NCBI GenBank assembly: GCA_965208325.1
Contig: OZ242326.1
Span: forward strand, 864,001-928,000
Origin: Candidatus Poribacteria bacterium
Lineage (GTDB): Bacteria > Poribacteria > WGA-4E > PCPOR2b
Reading direction: 5' to 3'
DNA length: 64,000 nt
Below are positions 49,201 to 59,423 of this stretch, piece by piece (position 1 is the first letter of the stretch; each line of letters starts with the position of its first letter). Under the pieces are notes generated by a model. The model saw only the letters and a program-made list of their open reading frames with translations, made no database searches and was not told the DNA's origin. The position numbers were made by a program, and so were the translations under genes.

Positions 49201-51306
49201 TCACGCATTCTGAGCATCATCATCTTCCATCTTCTTTACCAACCGGTCAATCCTTTGAAACTGCCACGTCCAGCGGACATTGTAGAGAAATTGCCTGAGG
49301 TCAAATCGATTGTCATCAGGCGAATAGGATTCGGCATGATATGAAGGCGTCAACGTTGTCATCTTATGGCGGTTGAGTGAATAGTGGTAGAAAAAATACC
49401 TGACCTTTGCAGCCACTTCCTGGCGCGAAAGATGATGCCACTCATGAACCAATTTCTCAAACATGTTTACTGGCCCGCACCGATCTATTTTGCGGAGCCT
49501 TCCGAACCGGCTAAGTTCCTGGTAGGTCAACCCCATATCCGCTTCGTCTTCCTGCGTATACGACTCGGTGATGGGTTCTAGCTCCGCTGTCGGCGGCGCG
49601 TCCAAAACATCGTTAAGAATCGTATACCCCAGATTTTCCGCCGCCCACCGCAAAAACCGGCGGAGATCCTCCTTGCTTATTCCCCCAATCGGATTTATGT
49701 CAGCGCTGCTGCAGTCGTATTTTGTTACGTAGCCGCGCAGGCTCTCATCCACATTCGCCGTTCCCAGCACCAGCAATACCCCGCGTTTGCCGCGCACCCA
49801 CGGCAACAGTTGCGCCAATAGGTAGGAAAATACCATGCGAAGGCGTGCTTGGATGTTCTGCAGAGCGGTGTTTTCCGATGCCGTGCCGCCGTCCACCTTG
49901 AACCGCGGAGTTTTCTGGGTCAGCTTTATAAAGAGGGAGAGCATTGCAGCGACGACGGAATCAATATTGACATTCAGGTGGTACGCCCCAATCTGATCCG
50001 CCAACTCTTTTGCACGCGTGCGTGTCACCTTTGAGCTGTTCACAGTCGCCAGATAGCATGTGTGGAGAATTCGGTTGGCGAATTCACGCGCATCGGTCGG
50101 CAGATAGCCGCCCGCCTCGTCTTCTCCGGCGATGCGGCGAGCGTCTCGGATGACCGCACGATTCCCCGCCTTTGCTTCTTTGGCTACCATTTGGCACATC
50201 GATCCGACCAAGGTAGCAACCGTGGAACTATCCGCTCCCCCCGAGATTGGCAGGAAATACCCCGCTGCACCGGAGCGCCTCAGATAATCCCATAGCCAGC
50301 ATGCCGGGCCGTAAGCAATTTCGCCTTCCGGTGTGTGATAGCGAATCTCTATCGGCGGGGACGGCGCAAGTCCATAATCCTCGGCGGTAAGGTCGAAATC
50401 CACAGCAACTCTGGGAACCAATTCCGATTGGCTCGCCTGCACGCCGCGGCTAGTTTTCGCCCCGCGATACGAGCGGACATCTTCCAAATCGAGCGTGGCG
50501 GTTAACACTTCGATGTCGTTTAGCGAAAACTGTGTTCCTTGCGCCACAATCTCGCCGTTAACGGCTATCATGGCACAGCCGTCGAAGTAAAGACGTCCCC
50601 CATCGCAGCCTTGCTGGTTTGCATAGAGGTAGATCCCGCCGGCTTTTGACGTGGCGTTGCGGATGAGATTTACGCGCTGGTCGAGTTTACGAAGTTCGTG
50701 ATGCGATCCCGATGCGTTGGTGATAATCTCAACCCCGTTCAAGCTGAGGTAGATATGCGGGCTATTCGGTGCAAAAAGCCCCTCACAAGTTTCCGCCGCA
50801 AGCACAGTGTCGCGCGTCGCGACGGCGGCATCGCCGAACGGGACGGTATCCTGACCCGTGATTTCCCGAATCATGCGCGGCAGATAGAAGTCTTCTAGCG
50901 TCTTGGAATGCTGCCACGCTGCGAACCACCGCATTTCACGGTAATTTCCGTCCGCCGCGAGAATCGGCTTCGGTATAATCAGGACAATTTTTCGATCCAG
51001 CACGAGAATGCGGCAGTTGTACCGCACATTTTTGTGCATCACCGGCATCCCGATATCGCAAAGCATGCTTGTTGTCAAATCCCCACTGAGTATCTCGGCG
51101 AGGCATTCCCACGAATGAAGAAAAGTATCCTGCTCCAAAAAATGATCTTCGCATCCGTAACCGGAAATCTCTAATTCGGGACCGACGCGATACCGTGCTC
51201 CCTTTTCTTTTGCAATCTGAGTCGAGGCAACAATTCGCTCAAGATTTCCTTCGAAGTCCATCGCCCATTGATTGAGATTGCAGGTTGCGAGGGTTACTAA
51301 TTTCAT
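49201..51306 (-). CDS. nadE: Glutamine-dependent NAD+ synthetase (eukaryotic NADSYN1/Qns1-like)
   Basis: Nitrilase triad GPELE / IPK / ETC; PP-loop [36 protein letters not shown]. Confidence 0.95.
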   Translation of the reverse strand: MKLVTLATCNLNQWAMDFEGNLERIVASTQIAKEKGARYRVGPELEISGYGCEDHFLEQDTFLHSWECLAEILSGDLTTSMLCDIGMPVMHKNVRYNCRILVLDRKIVLIIPKPILAADGNYREMRWFAAWQHSKTLEDFYLPRMIREITGQDTVPFGDAAVATRDTVLAAETCEGLFAPNSPHIYLSLNGVEIITNASGSHHELRKLDQRVNLIRNATSKAGGIYLYANQQGCDGGRLYFDGCAMIAVNGEIVAQGTQFSLNDIEVLTATLDLEDVRSYRGAKTSRGVQASQSELVPRVAVDFDLTAEDYGLAPSPPIEIRYHTPEGEIAYGPACWLWDYLRRSGAAGYFLPISGGADSSTVATLVGSMCQMVAKEAKAGNRAVIRDARRIAGEDEAGGYLPTDAREFANRILHTCYLATVNSSKVTRTRAKELADQIGAYHLNVNIDSVVAAMLSLFIKLTQKTPRFKVDGGTASENTALQNIQARLRMVFSYLLAQLLPWVRGKRGVLLVLGTANVDESLRGYVTKYDCSSADINPIGGISKEDLRRFLRWAAENLGYTILNDVLDAPPTAELEPITESYTQEDEADMGLTYQELSRFGRLRKIDRCGPVNMFEKLVHEWHHLSRQEVAAKVRYFFYHYSLNRHKMTTLTPSYHAESYSPDDNRFDLRQFLYNVRWTWQFQRIDRLVKKMEDDDAQNA

Positions 51307-51906
51307 AGTTTTTCCGTTTCGTGCCAGAGTTACAGGTCCGGTCAGAAGCCAAATGCCCTACCGCCGAGATTCCTTGTTCACTCGTACCTTTATTGCATCG
51401 TGCAAGATACGGGGGTCTGGTGTTTTATGCGAGGTTGGCGGCGTAAAACGCCACACATTTTATCATAACATCGGTTTGCATGCGAAAGATAACGGTTCGC
51501 CGCAGCGTTACTGAGGTGCTGGAAGACCGGCAAAACAGCGGCCCGCACCGTGAATTTTGGAGACAAAATTTCACAGTTTTCACAGTAAACTGAAAAAACG
51601 GGAAAACGAAATATGCCCACAAACATAGGTGAGGCGCGGGTTCAGCCGACTGTTAAGAATATGTTACTGTGAAATTTTCATAGTTTTAGTGGTTAGGTGG
51701 TTGAACGTCCAAAAGCTCGTATTAGGGCAATTCTTTGCCCGTTATTACACATAAAATCTGGCAGACCGAGAAAGTGAATAGCCTGCCGGACGCTCAATTG
51801 ATTGCGCGACTACGAACCTCTACCATGGTGCGCTCAAACCGTCAACCGTTTTCCACCAGCATTCCGCGAGTAGGACGACGGAGGATTGTAGTATAAGTTG
51901 GTTTGA

Positions 51907-52410
51907 TTACTTTACGGATTCATTGAAAATTGGATCCGTTGTTCGGAATCTGAGGTTGTCTTTTGCTTTGATTTCATCGATTAAGTTTCTAACGTCTGGT
52001 TGCGTCAAAATTCCACATTCCCAAAGCGCCCGTAAGGTCTCGGCTAGGTTGACGCAGTCTATTTTGATTCTCAGACAGTGATGTTTGACTCGCCGTTCGT
52101 TGCTAACAAAGACGGCGCCTAATCGTTTGCAAATTGCCATTGTCTCGCGTTCCCCCAAACCGAGTGTCCAAGGCAAAGTTTCCATGAACTGTTGGTCTGC
52201 ATCTGTCGGTTGATACGTCACGATTCGTCCTTGCGCGTGTAATGCCATGACATTTTCTACAAAATTGAACCCCTTAACGGCGCCCGTTTGTAGTTCGCGC
52301 TCCACGGCGGAAGAAATGTTGAGTAAATCCGCATTGAAGACGGTGAACAACAGCGGCAAACGGTGAACTTTAGCAAAAATCGAAAGCACATCCGTGTCAA
52401 TGAAAACCAC
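51907..52410 (-). CDS. PIN-domain protein (DUF3368-like toxin)
   Basis: FIDTDVLS, AVEREL, LGLGERE, VSNER; 2 nt after the partner gene. Confidence 0.75.
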   Translation of the reverse strand: MVFIDTDVLSIFAKVHRLPLLFTVFNADLLNISSAVERELQTGAVKGFNFVENVMALHAQGRIVTYQPTDADQQFMETLPWTLGLGERETMAICKRLGAVFVSNERRVKHHCLRIKIDCVNLAETLRALWECGILTQPDVRNLIDEIKAKDNLRFRTTDPIFNESVK

Positions 52411-52412
52411 GG

Positions 52413-52763
52413 TTAAGCCCCTTCGGAATTGTCGTTTGGCTTGTGAACTTGCTTGACGACCGAAACTCCCGCCTGCAATGCGTCCACCGATTCGATTTCA
52501 ATTGTCTTTGGGATACCCTTCGCGCTCAAAGCCACGTCAAACTCAAAACGGTGGATTCCAGCCAATTCCGCTGCCCTCGCAAGCGTCACTTCACCGTGTT
52601 GATAAAGCAAAATTGCGGCATCAAGACGAGATTCTTTTTTCGTAGTGACTAATTTTTCAAGTGCATCGGTCATCAACGCATGCGAATCGGCATAAAGTCC
52701 CACATCAATCAGGGCGTTCACCTCTTCTTCAAGGGTAGGTGAGTGAATTTCAATCTGGAGCAT
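52413..52763 (-). CDS. UPF0175-family antitoxin-like protein
   Basis: AILLYQHGEVTLARAAELAGI..FEF HTH; N-terminal GLY.D segment. Confidence 0.8.
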   Translation of the reverse strand: MLQIEIHSPTLEEEVNALIDVGLYADSHALMTDALEKLVTTKKESRLDAAILLYQHGEVTLARAAELAGIHRFEFDVALSAKGIPKTIEIESVDALQAGVSVVKQVHKPNDNSEGA

Positions 52764-53046
52764 GGCTTTCTTTCCTTTCGATATCGAAGTTAATTACGAA
52801 AAGTCAACCTCATCGGCGTCGAGCTTGCGGAGAAAAAGATCTTGAGATTGGTGGAGGATTCGAATTTTCAAAATCATTTTCCCAATGCGAAAAGATTGGT
52901 TCGATAAATTTAGGTACGCAAGGATTATGGACAGGGTTATACCGGTACCGCAGCGGGCGAACCATCCACTCCCATGGCGTCAACTGCTTCATCTAGCGAA
53001 ATGGTTAGGTTTGCATAATGAGGCATAATCTGAATCTCATTCACGT

Positions 53047-54000
53047 TTAATTTTGCAATTCATGCAGCAAATCTACCCAACTCAGGCGTTCTCGTGCGGG
53101 GTCTACCAGCGGTTTAAGCCGTTCGCACCACCCCTTGACGGTATTGTAAAACGCCGGGTCTGTCTCAATTCGCTCTAGGAGTTTCGCCAATGCGTACGTA
53201 TCGCCTACCGGAAAGTAGCCCGGATAATCCTCGCCGAGTAGACCGATTGATCCGGATATTTGCGACGAAATGACGGGCACCGAACAGGCGATCGCCTCGC
53301 CAACCACATTCGCGCCGCCCTCCATCTGTGAAGTCAACACGAGCGCACGGCAGCGGGCTAACCGGCGAAGTGCCTTCCACCGAGGAATTTCCCCTAACCA
53401 ACGATAGCGCGGATTGGATGCTTCCTCTGCTCTTGCGGTTATTTCCGTATCTTCGCTTAAGGCGCCGCCGATATGCACCACCTGGACTCGCGAGTGGGCG
53501 CGCAGGGAGCGGGAAGCTATCGCCGTCCGGAATGGGTCCTTCACGGGACGCAAATGTCCAATCACGCACACCTCAAAGACATCCTTTTTCGGAGAAAAGG
53601 CGCGTGGCGGTTTCTTTACGGATTGGTAAATGACGCTTGCCTTGCCTCGCAAGTGTACCGGAAGTTCATCAATTCCCATCGCTTGCAGCACGATGAACCT
53701 CGACGCTATCTCCAGCGATTCTTGAGCGTACGAATCGATATGGATATCGCTGTACAGATCTGTTCCGGTCAACGCCAGGATAAGTGGTAGGTCGGGGTAT
53801 TTTCCCCGAAAGCGTTTAATGGAAACATAACTGCGGCGTGCGTGAAGCGCGACCATCAAATCGCACCGCTCGCCGCCATACGTTTGCTGAACCAGGACAC
53901 GGTGACCAAGTTCGCGCAATATGCGAGCCCAGCGCAGCGCTGTTACACGGTTTCCTTTGCGGGAGCGCGGCGGCGCCGGGGTAATCATACAAATTTTCAT
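53047..54000 (-). CDS. senB: Selenosugar synthase SenB (glycosyltransferase)
   Basis: ITPA..GNRVTALRW, ALHARRS, LTGTDLY, GHLRPVKDP, MEGGANV, GLLGEDYPGYF. Confidence 0.88.
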   Translation of the reverse strand: MKICMITPAPPRSRKGNRVTALRWARILRELGHRVLVQQTYGGERCDLMVALHARRSYVSIKRFRGKYPDLPLILALTGTDLYSDIHIDSYAQESLEIASRFIVLQAMGIDELPVHLRGKASVIYQSVKKPPRAFSPKKDVFEVCVIGHLRPVKDPFRTAIASRSLRAHSRVQVVHIGGALSEDTEITARAEEASNPRYRWLGEIPRWKALRRLARCRALVLTSQMEGGANVVGEAIACSVPVISSQISGSIGLLGEDYPGYFPVGDTYALAKLLERIETDPAFYNTVKGWCERLKPLVDPARERLSWVDLLHELQN

Positions 54001-54085
54001 GGTGTTCTCTTCAAGAGTTCAAAGTGAAAACGGCTGAAATTTCTTTTTTATATGCGCGTATCATGGCGTTAACGGTGTCTGCGCA

Positions 54086-55399
54086 TCAGTCGCACGCACA
54101 GGTGCGAAATCCAGCCAGCACATCCCGCCGATCCGGCGTGTAGAAATTGCGCCAGGTGTTGCGCAGCATCCGGGAACGCGTTGTCCAGCACCCGCCGCGC
54201 AGCACTTTTCGAGATCCAAACCAGGGGGCGGAATACTCCTTGTACAGGTCAACCTCAAAACCCGGATAAGGGTGAAAACTGCTGCTCGTCCATTCCCATA
54301 CATTGCCAATCATTTGGCGGCAGCCGAAGCCGCTGTCCCCCTCCGGTAATGCGTTTACACTGACGCAACCCATCTGATTCCAATCCAAGTTAGCCCGCTC
54401 GGGCGTATGCGGTTCGCTGCCCCAAGGGAAGCGCCGCTTCGCCGACGAAAGCCCCTCACCGCCAAGGCGCGGTTCTGCGGCGGCGGCAACCTCCCACTCA
54501 ACCTCTGTTGGGAGCCGGCGCTTCGCCCAACGGCAGTACGCTTCAACCTCATACCAGTTGACATGGATTACGGGAAGGCGGGGTTCGAGCGGCACCCATT
54601 CGCCAAAATGCCGCCGCAACCATTCGCCATCCGTGTCGCAACGCCAGTAGACGGGATGTTGCGCCGCCTCCGAGTTACGCCAATCCCATCCGTCCGAACT
54701 CCAGAGGTCTCTTCGGCGGTAACCATCATTGTCCACAAATGCAGCGAATTCGGATTGGGTGACGGCGGTAGGCGCAATCGCAAATGGTTTGACCTCGACA
54801 GGATGCGCCCATTTTTCGTTGTCAAACACGAATTCTTCATCTTGCTCGGCGCCCAACAGGAAGGTCCCGCCGGGAATTTCAACATCGCCGGGAAGCGTGT
54901 TGTCCATCCAATCTTCATTGAAAGGGTTCACACTTTCAGAGAATTGCGGCGGACGATATCCCAACGTCTGCCGTGTATACGTGAACGCCTCGGTGTGCAT
55001 GTCTTCGTGAAAAACGGTGTAGCGGACGAGATAGATTTGCTCATGACTCAATTCGCCGCTTTCAATAGTTTCGATAACCGCATCCCGCACGTTGCGCATG
55101 TACGCCAGCGTCTCTTCCCGAGATGGAATTGACAGTGCCCAGCGAGTATCATGTTCAATCGCGATCGAATCCCAGAGTGTATCAGCGTCGTCCCGAATCG
55201 GCTTCTGTTTGCAAGCGTGCCGCAGCACCCATTTTTCTTGAAACCACGCCACATGCCCGATTTCCCACAACGGCGGATTGACGATTGGCAAGTACGGACC
55301 TATTAGCTGCTCGTCATCCAGATCGGCGGCCAAATCGAAGGTTCGCTGGCGTGCATCGTAGACCCACTCAACGAGCTGTGCCGTTATATCGCATTTCAT
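54086..55399 (-). CDS. senA: Selenoneine synthase SenA (EgtB-like DinB + FGE-sulfatase)
   Basis: NPPLWEIGHVAWFQE, Fe motif HEDMHTEA, FDNEKWAH, RLPTEVEWE, GNVWEW, WRNFY, AGFRTC; adjacent to senB. Confidence 0.85.
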   Translation of the reverse strand: MKCDITAQLVEWVYDARQRTFDLAADLDDEQLIGPYLPIVNPPLWEIGHVAWFQEKWVLRHACKQKPIRDDADTLWDSIAIEHDTRWALSIPSREETLAYMRNVRDAVIETIESGELSHEQIYLVRYTVFHEDMHTEAFTYTRQTLGYRPPQFSESVNPFNEDWMDNTLPGDVEIPGGTFLLGAEQDEEFVFDNEKWAHPVEVKPFAIAPTAVTQSEFAAFVDNDGYRRRDLWSSDGWDWRNSEAAQHPVYWRCDTDGEWLRRHFGEWVPLEPRLPVIHVNWYEVEAYCRWAKRRLPTEVEWEVAAAAEPRLGGEGLSSAKRRFPWGSEPHTPERANLDWNQMGCVSVNALPEGDSGFGCRQMIGNVWEWTSSSFHPYPGFEVDLYKEYSAPWFGSRKVLRGGCWTTRSRMLRNTWRNFYTPDRRDVLAGFRTCACD

Positions 55400-55610
55400 G
55401 CCTTAACCTTTTGGCTCATGTCAAAGATTTTAAACGCAAAAAGTCTAGCACAACAGAAATAGGGATGCAACTGAATTTAGTCCGCACGGGATATAACACC
55501 CCAACGGTAGATTCGGCATAGTGACGTGGGAAAACGGTTGCGTTTCAACTTGAAACTGGGTAAAATATCGGTAAGACGTGATTTGAAATGTTAGGCTAAA
55601 ATTTTCGCAC

Positions 55611-57719
55611 ATGAATGAAGGAAAACACGAACTCAGGTTAGTTGTAATGGGCGATCTTTCACATTCGCCAGAGACATCGCCCGAATTGGATGAAGCTGTC
55701 GACGACCTTAACCGGCTGCACCCAGACATCATCATGGTCACCGGCGATTTGGACGACACCCGCCAGGGTTTCGAGGCTGTCGGCAAAACACTGCGCGCCT
55801 TCGACGGGATTGTGTTGCCCGCAATGGGTAATCATGACCTTGACTTGGAGGGTTGCGAAACAGACGAGGCAAATATTAAGTTGTTTGTTGACTCATTCGG
55901 GTTGGAAAACCACTACTATGCCTATGAACATTCAGGGTTACGGTTCATTACGCTCAGCGCAGAACGGCATCGAAGCCTTCCATGGCAGCCGCATGAGGTT
56001 TTTTTGAGCGGCGAACAACTCGACTGGTTTCGCCGAACGTTGGAAGCGCACCCTGCGACACCGACAATCGTACAGTGCCATGCGCCGGTATTCGGCACGC
56101 ATATTCCTGTCCTCCCAACGGTTCACGTCCGTTCAACGAACGCCTACATCAATCATAACCATCACCCCGAGCAGATTCTTGAACTCATCGGTCGATACCC
56201 ACAGATAATCCTGTGGTTTTCCGGACACTCTCATCTCGGTCAAGGCTATCCCAATTCAATCTGTTCCCATCACGGCGTCTATTTTGTTCACGCCGGCGTC
56301 CACGGCAACCGAGCGACACGCGATGGACGCCGACACTCTCGCGTTGTGGAAATTGAAACTGACCATATCTTGATTCGGACTTTCGATCATGCGGGTCGAG
56401 CGATTGTTCCGCTTTACGACTATGTGCTGGATGAAAGCCCTATCGGATTGATGTCGTGTTGGCAGGCTTCTACACGGGCAAGCTTTTTGTCGGGGGAATT
56501 AAAGGGATTTCACCTAGGCAATGACGGTTTATCTCTAAAGCCATTGCCGACAAGCCGCTATCTGGCGTACCTTGACGCCCCCGCATCGCATGGCATCCAT
56601 GCAATTTGCCCCACCGATAAAAAAATTTATGTTGCGACGGAAGGCGGTTATGTGTGGGAATATGACCGCACCTCGGGGTTGCCGCTCGGGGCAATCTACA
56701 TGGATAAATCTCCAACGAACATCCTAGCGACCGATACACATGTGTGGATCGGCGGCGGCGACGGGTATCTGCGACGAATTGCCGTTGATCGGCCTGAACG
56801 ATTTTTACGAAAAAATAGCACTGATGTCCATGACGGCGAAATTCCTATCAAGGGAATTATCCGCACAATGCGACTAATAGAAGGAGATCGACTGCTGGTG
56901 GGAGCGGATCGGCGGCTCTATGAGGTAAACCGTCAAACCGAGGAACTATGGCCGAAGGCGATATTCAAGACGAACATCCACGCGCTGATGTCTGATCGAG
57001 AGCGTCTCTATGTGCTCACTTCGAACGGCGAACTTGAGGTTTTCTCCATTTCCGATCTTCAACTGGAACAAACACTTCAAATCCCGCCCCAACTGCGGAA
57101 GTCGGGCTTCCCGATTGGGGTTGATTTCATCCATGTTACCGAAAGAGTTTGCTTTCTTGTTTCCAAGCATCATCGCACTATTCTTCAATGTAACTTGGAC
57201 AATATGTCGGTTGCTGATCAGTTCCGTATCCCGGGAAAAATTCGAACCACTCTGTTTGATGACCGAGAGATATACCTGTTAACCGAGACTGGACTCCTTA
57301 CCTGCCTAGACGTGAAGGGAATGACCATCAAGATGCAACGAGACCTCGAGATGGAAGCCGCTTCTACCATGGCGATAGACAGCGAATTCGTTTATGTTGC
57401 GACATCAAACTCCAATAGTGCGCGGCAGGAAGTTCAAATCATTGAACGACATGCGGACATGATCGGAAAACTCGTTTATTCTGTACGCAGCGTCGAAAAC
57501 ATTTATCCCGAATTGGAACTGGACATAGAACTGACGGAGGGCAATTTTTTCCATACCGACCTCCGTGCAAAAGTCGATGAAAAGTGGGTGAAACTGACCG
57601 ACGAGGAATTGTTGAGCAGAGAGTTTGAAATACGTATGACGCTCGGGCGCGGCCGAGCAGAGGCACTGCCGTACATCTCACGCATGAAGTTGACGGGAAA
57701 GGGAAAATTCAGCAATTGA
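55611..57719 (+). CDS. Calcineurin-like metallophosphoesterase fused to a beta-propeller-like domain
   Basis: GDLSH, TGDL, GNHD, CHAP, SGHSH; repeated IYVAT..G / LYVLT..G blades. Confidence 0.75.
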   Translation: MNEGKHELRLVVMGDLSHSPETSPELDEAVDDLNRLHPDIIMVTGDLDDTRQGFEAVGKTLRAFDGIVLPAMGNHDLDLEGCETDEANIKLFVDSFGLENHYYAYEHSGLRFITLSAERHRSLPWQPHEVFLSGEQLDWFRRTLEAHPATPTIVQCHAPVFGTHIPVLPTVHVRSTNAYINHNHHPEQILELIGRYPQIILWFSGHSHLGQGYPNSICSHHGVYFVHAGVHGNRATRDGRRHSRVVEIETDHILIRTFDHAGRAIVPLYDYVLDESPIGLMSCWQASTRASFLSGELKGFHLGNDGLSLKPLPTSRYLAYLDAPASHGIHAICPTDKKIYVATEGGYVWEYDRTSGLPLGAIYMDKSPTNILATDTHVWIGGGDGYLRRIAVDRPERFLRKNSTDVHDGEIPIKGIIRTMRLIEGDRLLVGADRRLYEVNRQTEELWPKAIFKTNIHALMSDRERLYVLTSNGELEVFSISDLQLEQTLQIPPQLRKSGFPIGVDFIHVTERVCFLVSKHHRTILQCNLDNMSVADQFRIPGKIRTTLFDDREIYLLTETGLLTCLDVKGMTIKMQRDLEMEAASTMAIDSEFVYVATSNSNSARQEVQIIERHADMIGKLVYSVRSVENIYPELELDIELTEGNFFHTDLRAKVDEKWVKLTDEELLSREFEIRMTLGRGRAEALPYISRMKLTGKGKFSN

Positions 57720-57729
57720 GTTGCAAAGA

Positions 57730-58293
57730 CTATTTGGATGTTAAATACATCATGTCAATCAATACGTCGAGTCCTGAAGAAATAAGGTCCAAATATTCCC
57801 CTAGTTTCTCAAGGTTTAAACCTCCGTGTTTTGAGGGTATAGCTGAAGAGGATTGTGTAACCGTCGTATGAGTTCTTTGTACTAAAAACTTTTCGAGTTC
57901 GCCGGTGTCAGGATTTGGGACGTACTCCCATACTTCCTCAATTGTCTCCGAGGGAGTTTCTGAAACTATCGTATGCGTTTTGTATACTAGTAATTTTTCG
58001 AGTTCACCGGTTTCAGGATTTGGTACGTATTTCCATTCTTCCTCAATCGTCTCAGACGGAGTTTGATTAACTATCGTATGCGATTTGAGTACTGTCAGTT
58101 TTTCGAGTCCGCCGGTGTCAGGATTAAGCACGTGCTTGGTTTCTTCCACAAATGTCTCCGATGTTAACCTAGGTAAATGCCCGGTTGATTCTATTTTGGC
58201 AGCTCCCGAACATCCTTGAAGAAGTATTAACGCGAGAACAACACATGTGCAGCAACATGTTGCTAAGACGTCACCGAATCTACCCTTTATCAT
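57730..58293 (-). CDS. Lipoprotein with three 35-aa tandem repeats
   Basis: GGAG RBS before ATG 58293, lipobox LQGC, repeats ET.EE.W.YVPNP.TGELEK. Confidence 0.65.
   Translation of the reverse strand: MIKGRFGDVLATCCCTCVVLALILLQGCSGAAKIESTGHLPRLTSETFVEETKHVLNPDTGGLEKLTVLKSHTIVNQTPSETIEEEWKYVPNPETGELEKLLVYKTHTIVSETPSETIEEVWEYVPNPDTGELEKFLVQRTHTTVTQSSSAIPSKHGGLNLEKLGEYLDLISSGLDVLIDMMYLTSK
57858..58162. repeat. Coding tandem repeat, period 105 bp, about 3 copies
   Basis: ttttcgagt.c.ccggt.tcaggatt recurs at 57890, 57995 and 58100. Confidence 0.9.
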
Positions 58294-58562
58294 AACAGTT
58301 CTCCATTCGTCATCAGTCATTCTAGCGCTCGGCCGAGGTATTTCGTACAGCATAGGCACAGTGGATACCATCATACTCAAAAAGTCAATTTCAGGTCAAG
58401 GGAAAAGAACATGACGTTTTATTTCTGATTCTCATGCGTTGCGTATGTTGAGTTTTCAGTTGCGTTTTTGCCTGTCGGCGTGTTATGCTTTTTCAGCCAT
58501 TTCCAATTAGCCAAAGCCGTTTCGGAAGCGTTAACTTAAAAAATTGCCGATGACTGGGGCGA

Positions 58563-59387
58563 ATGCAGGCTTTTACATCCGAAAATCCCAAGAAATTCGA
58601 CCTAGCAACAAAGATTCTCGCCAACGAACAGGCCGCCCAAGACCACTATTTGCTGCGCTGCGAATGCCCGGATATTGCAGAGCGTGCGCTTCCAGGTCAA
58701 TTCATCCATGTGTTGATTTCAGATGCGTCTGCGCTGCTGCTACGCCGCCCATTCACAATCTACTCCGTTGAAGGCGATCAGATTACAATACTCTACCAGC
58801 GTGTCGGAGCAGGCACGGACTCATTGTCACACCTCCGCCCCGGCGATTCGCTCCATGTGATGGGACCGCTTGGCAACAATTTCAGTATCCCGCCAAATTT
58901 AGATCCGGCAATTATCGTTGGAGGCGGAGCCGGGATTGCATCGTTGATGCTGCACGCGGCTGCACTGCGAAAGTTAGGTACACGCACGTTAGGGCTAGTC
59001 GGATCCATTAACGCTGCTCGGGTGTTGTCCTTAGCGGATTTAGAAGCAATCGAGGTTGAAACGCACATTTCAACAGACGATGGCAGCATTGGGCATCACG
59101 GATTTGTTACGGAAGTTCTCGCGCAGATTTTAGAACAGCCACATGTTTATGACTTGCAAAACCCGGTTATCTACGCCTGCGGCCCTTACGGAATGCTTCG
59201 TGCTGTGACCAACATTTCTCGTAAGTATCGAGTACCGATGCAACTAGCGATGGAGAACCGGATGGGGTGCGCGATGGGGGTATGCCTCGGCTGCGTGTGC
59301 AAAGTTCGCACGCCGGATGACGGGTTTGAATATCAACGGGTTTGCACTGAAGGTCCGGTGTTTGATGCGGAGGACATCGTCTGGTAA
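58563..59387 (+). CDS. pyrK: Dihydroorotate dehydrogenase electron-transfer subunit
   Basis: PGQF, LRRPFT, GPLGN, GGGAGIA, CGP, MGCAMGVCLGC..VCTEGPVF. Confidence 0.93.
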   Translation: MQAFTSENPKKFDLATKILANEQAAQDHYLLRCECPDIAERALPGQFIHVLISDASALLLRRPFTIYSVEGDQITILYQRVGAGTDSLSHLRPGDSLHVMGPLGNNFSIPPNLDPAIIVGGGAGIASLMLHAAALRKLGTRTLGLVGSINAARVLSLADLEAIEVETHISTDDGSIGHHGFVTEVLAQILEQPHVYDLQNPVIYACGPYGMLRAVTNISRKYRVPMQLAMENRMGCAMGVCLGCVCKVRTPDDGFEYQRVCTEGPVFDAEDIVW

Positions 59388-59423
59388 ATGCTGCAACTCA
59401 TCTCCAACCACAGATGAAAAACA

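Noticed and set aside
51307..51560. NAD-sensing riboswitch upstream of nadE
   Set aside because: No recognisable conserved aptamer by eye; would need an Infernal search
52810..52992. 60-aa ORF between senB and the antitoxin as a selD remnant
   Set aside because: No SelD motifs and no clear RBS; left unassigned
54407..55132. 241-aa + strand ORF
   Set aside because: Antisense shadow of senA
54086..55399. Ergothioneine EgtB or ovothiol OvoA
   Set aside because: No C-terminal methyltransferase domain, and adjacency to senB favours SenA
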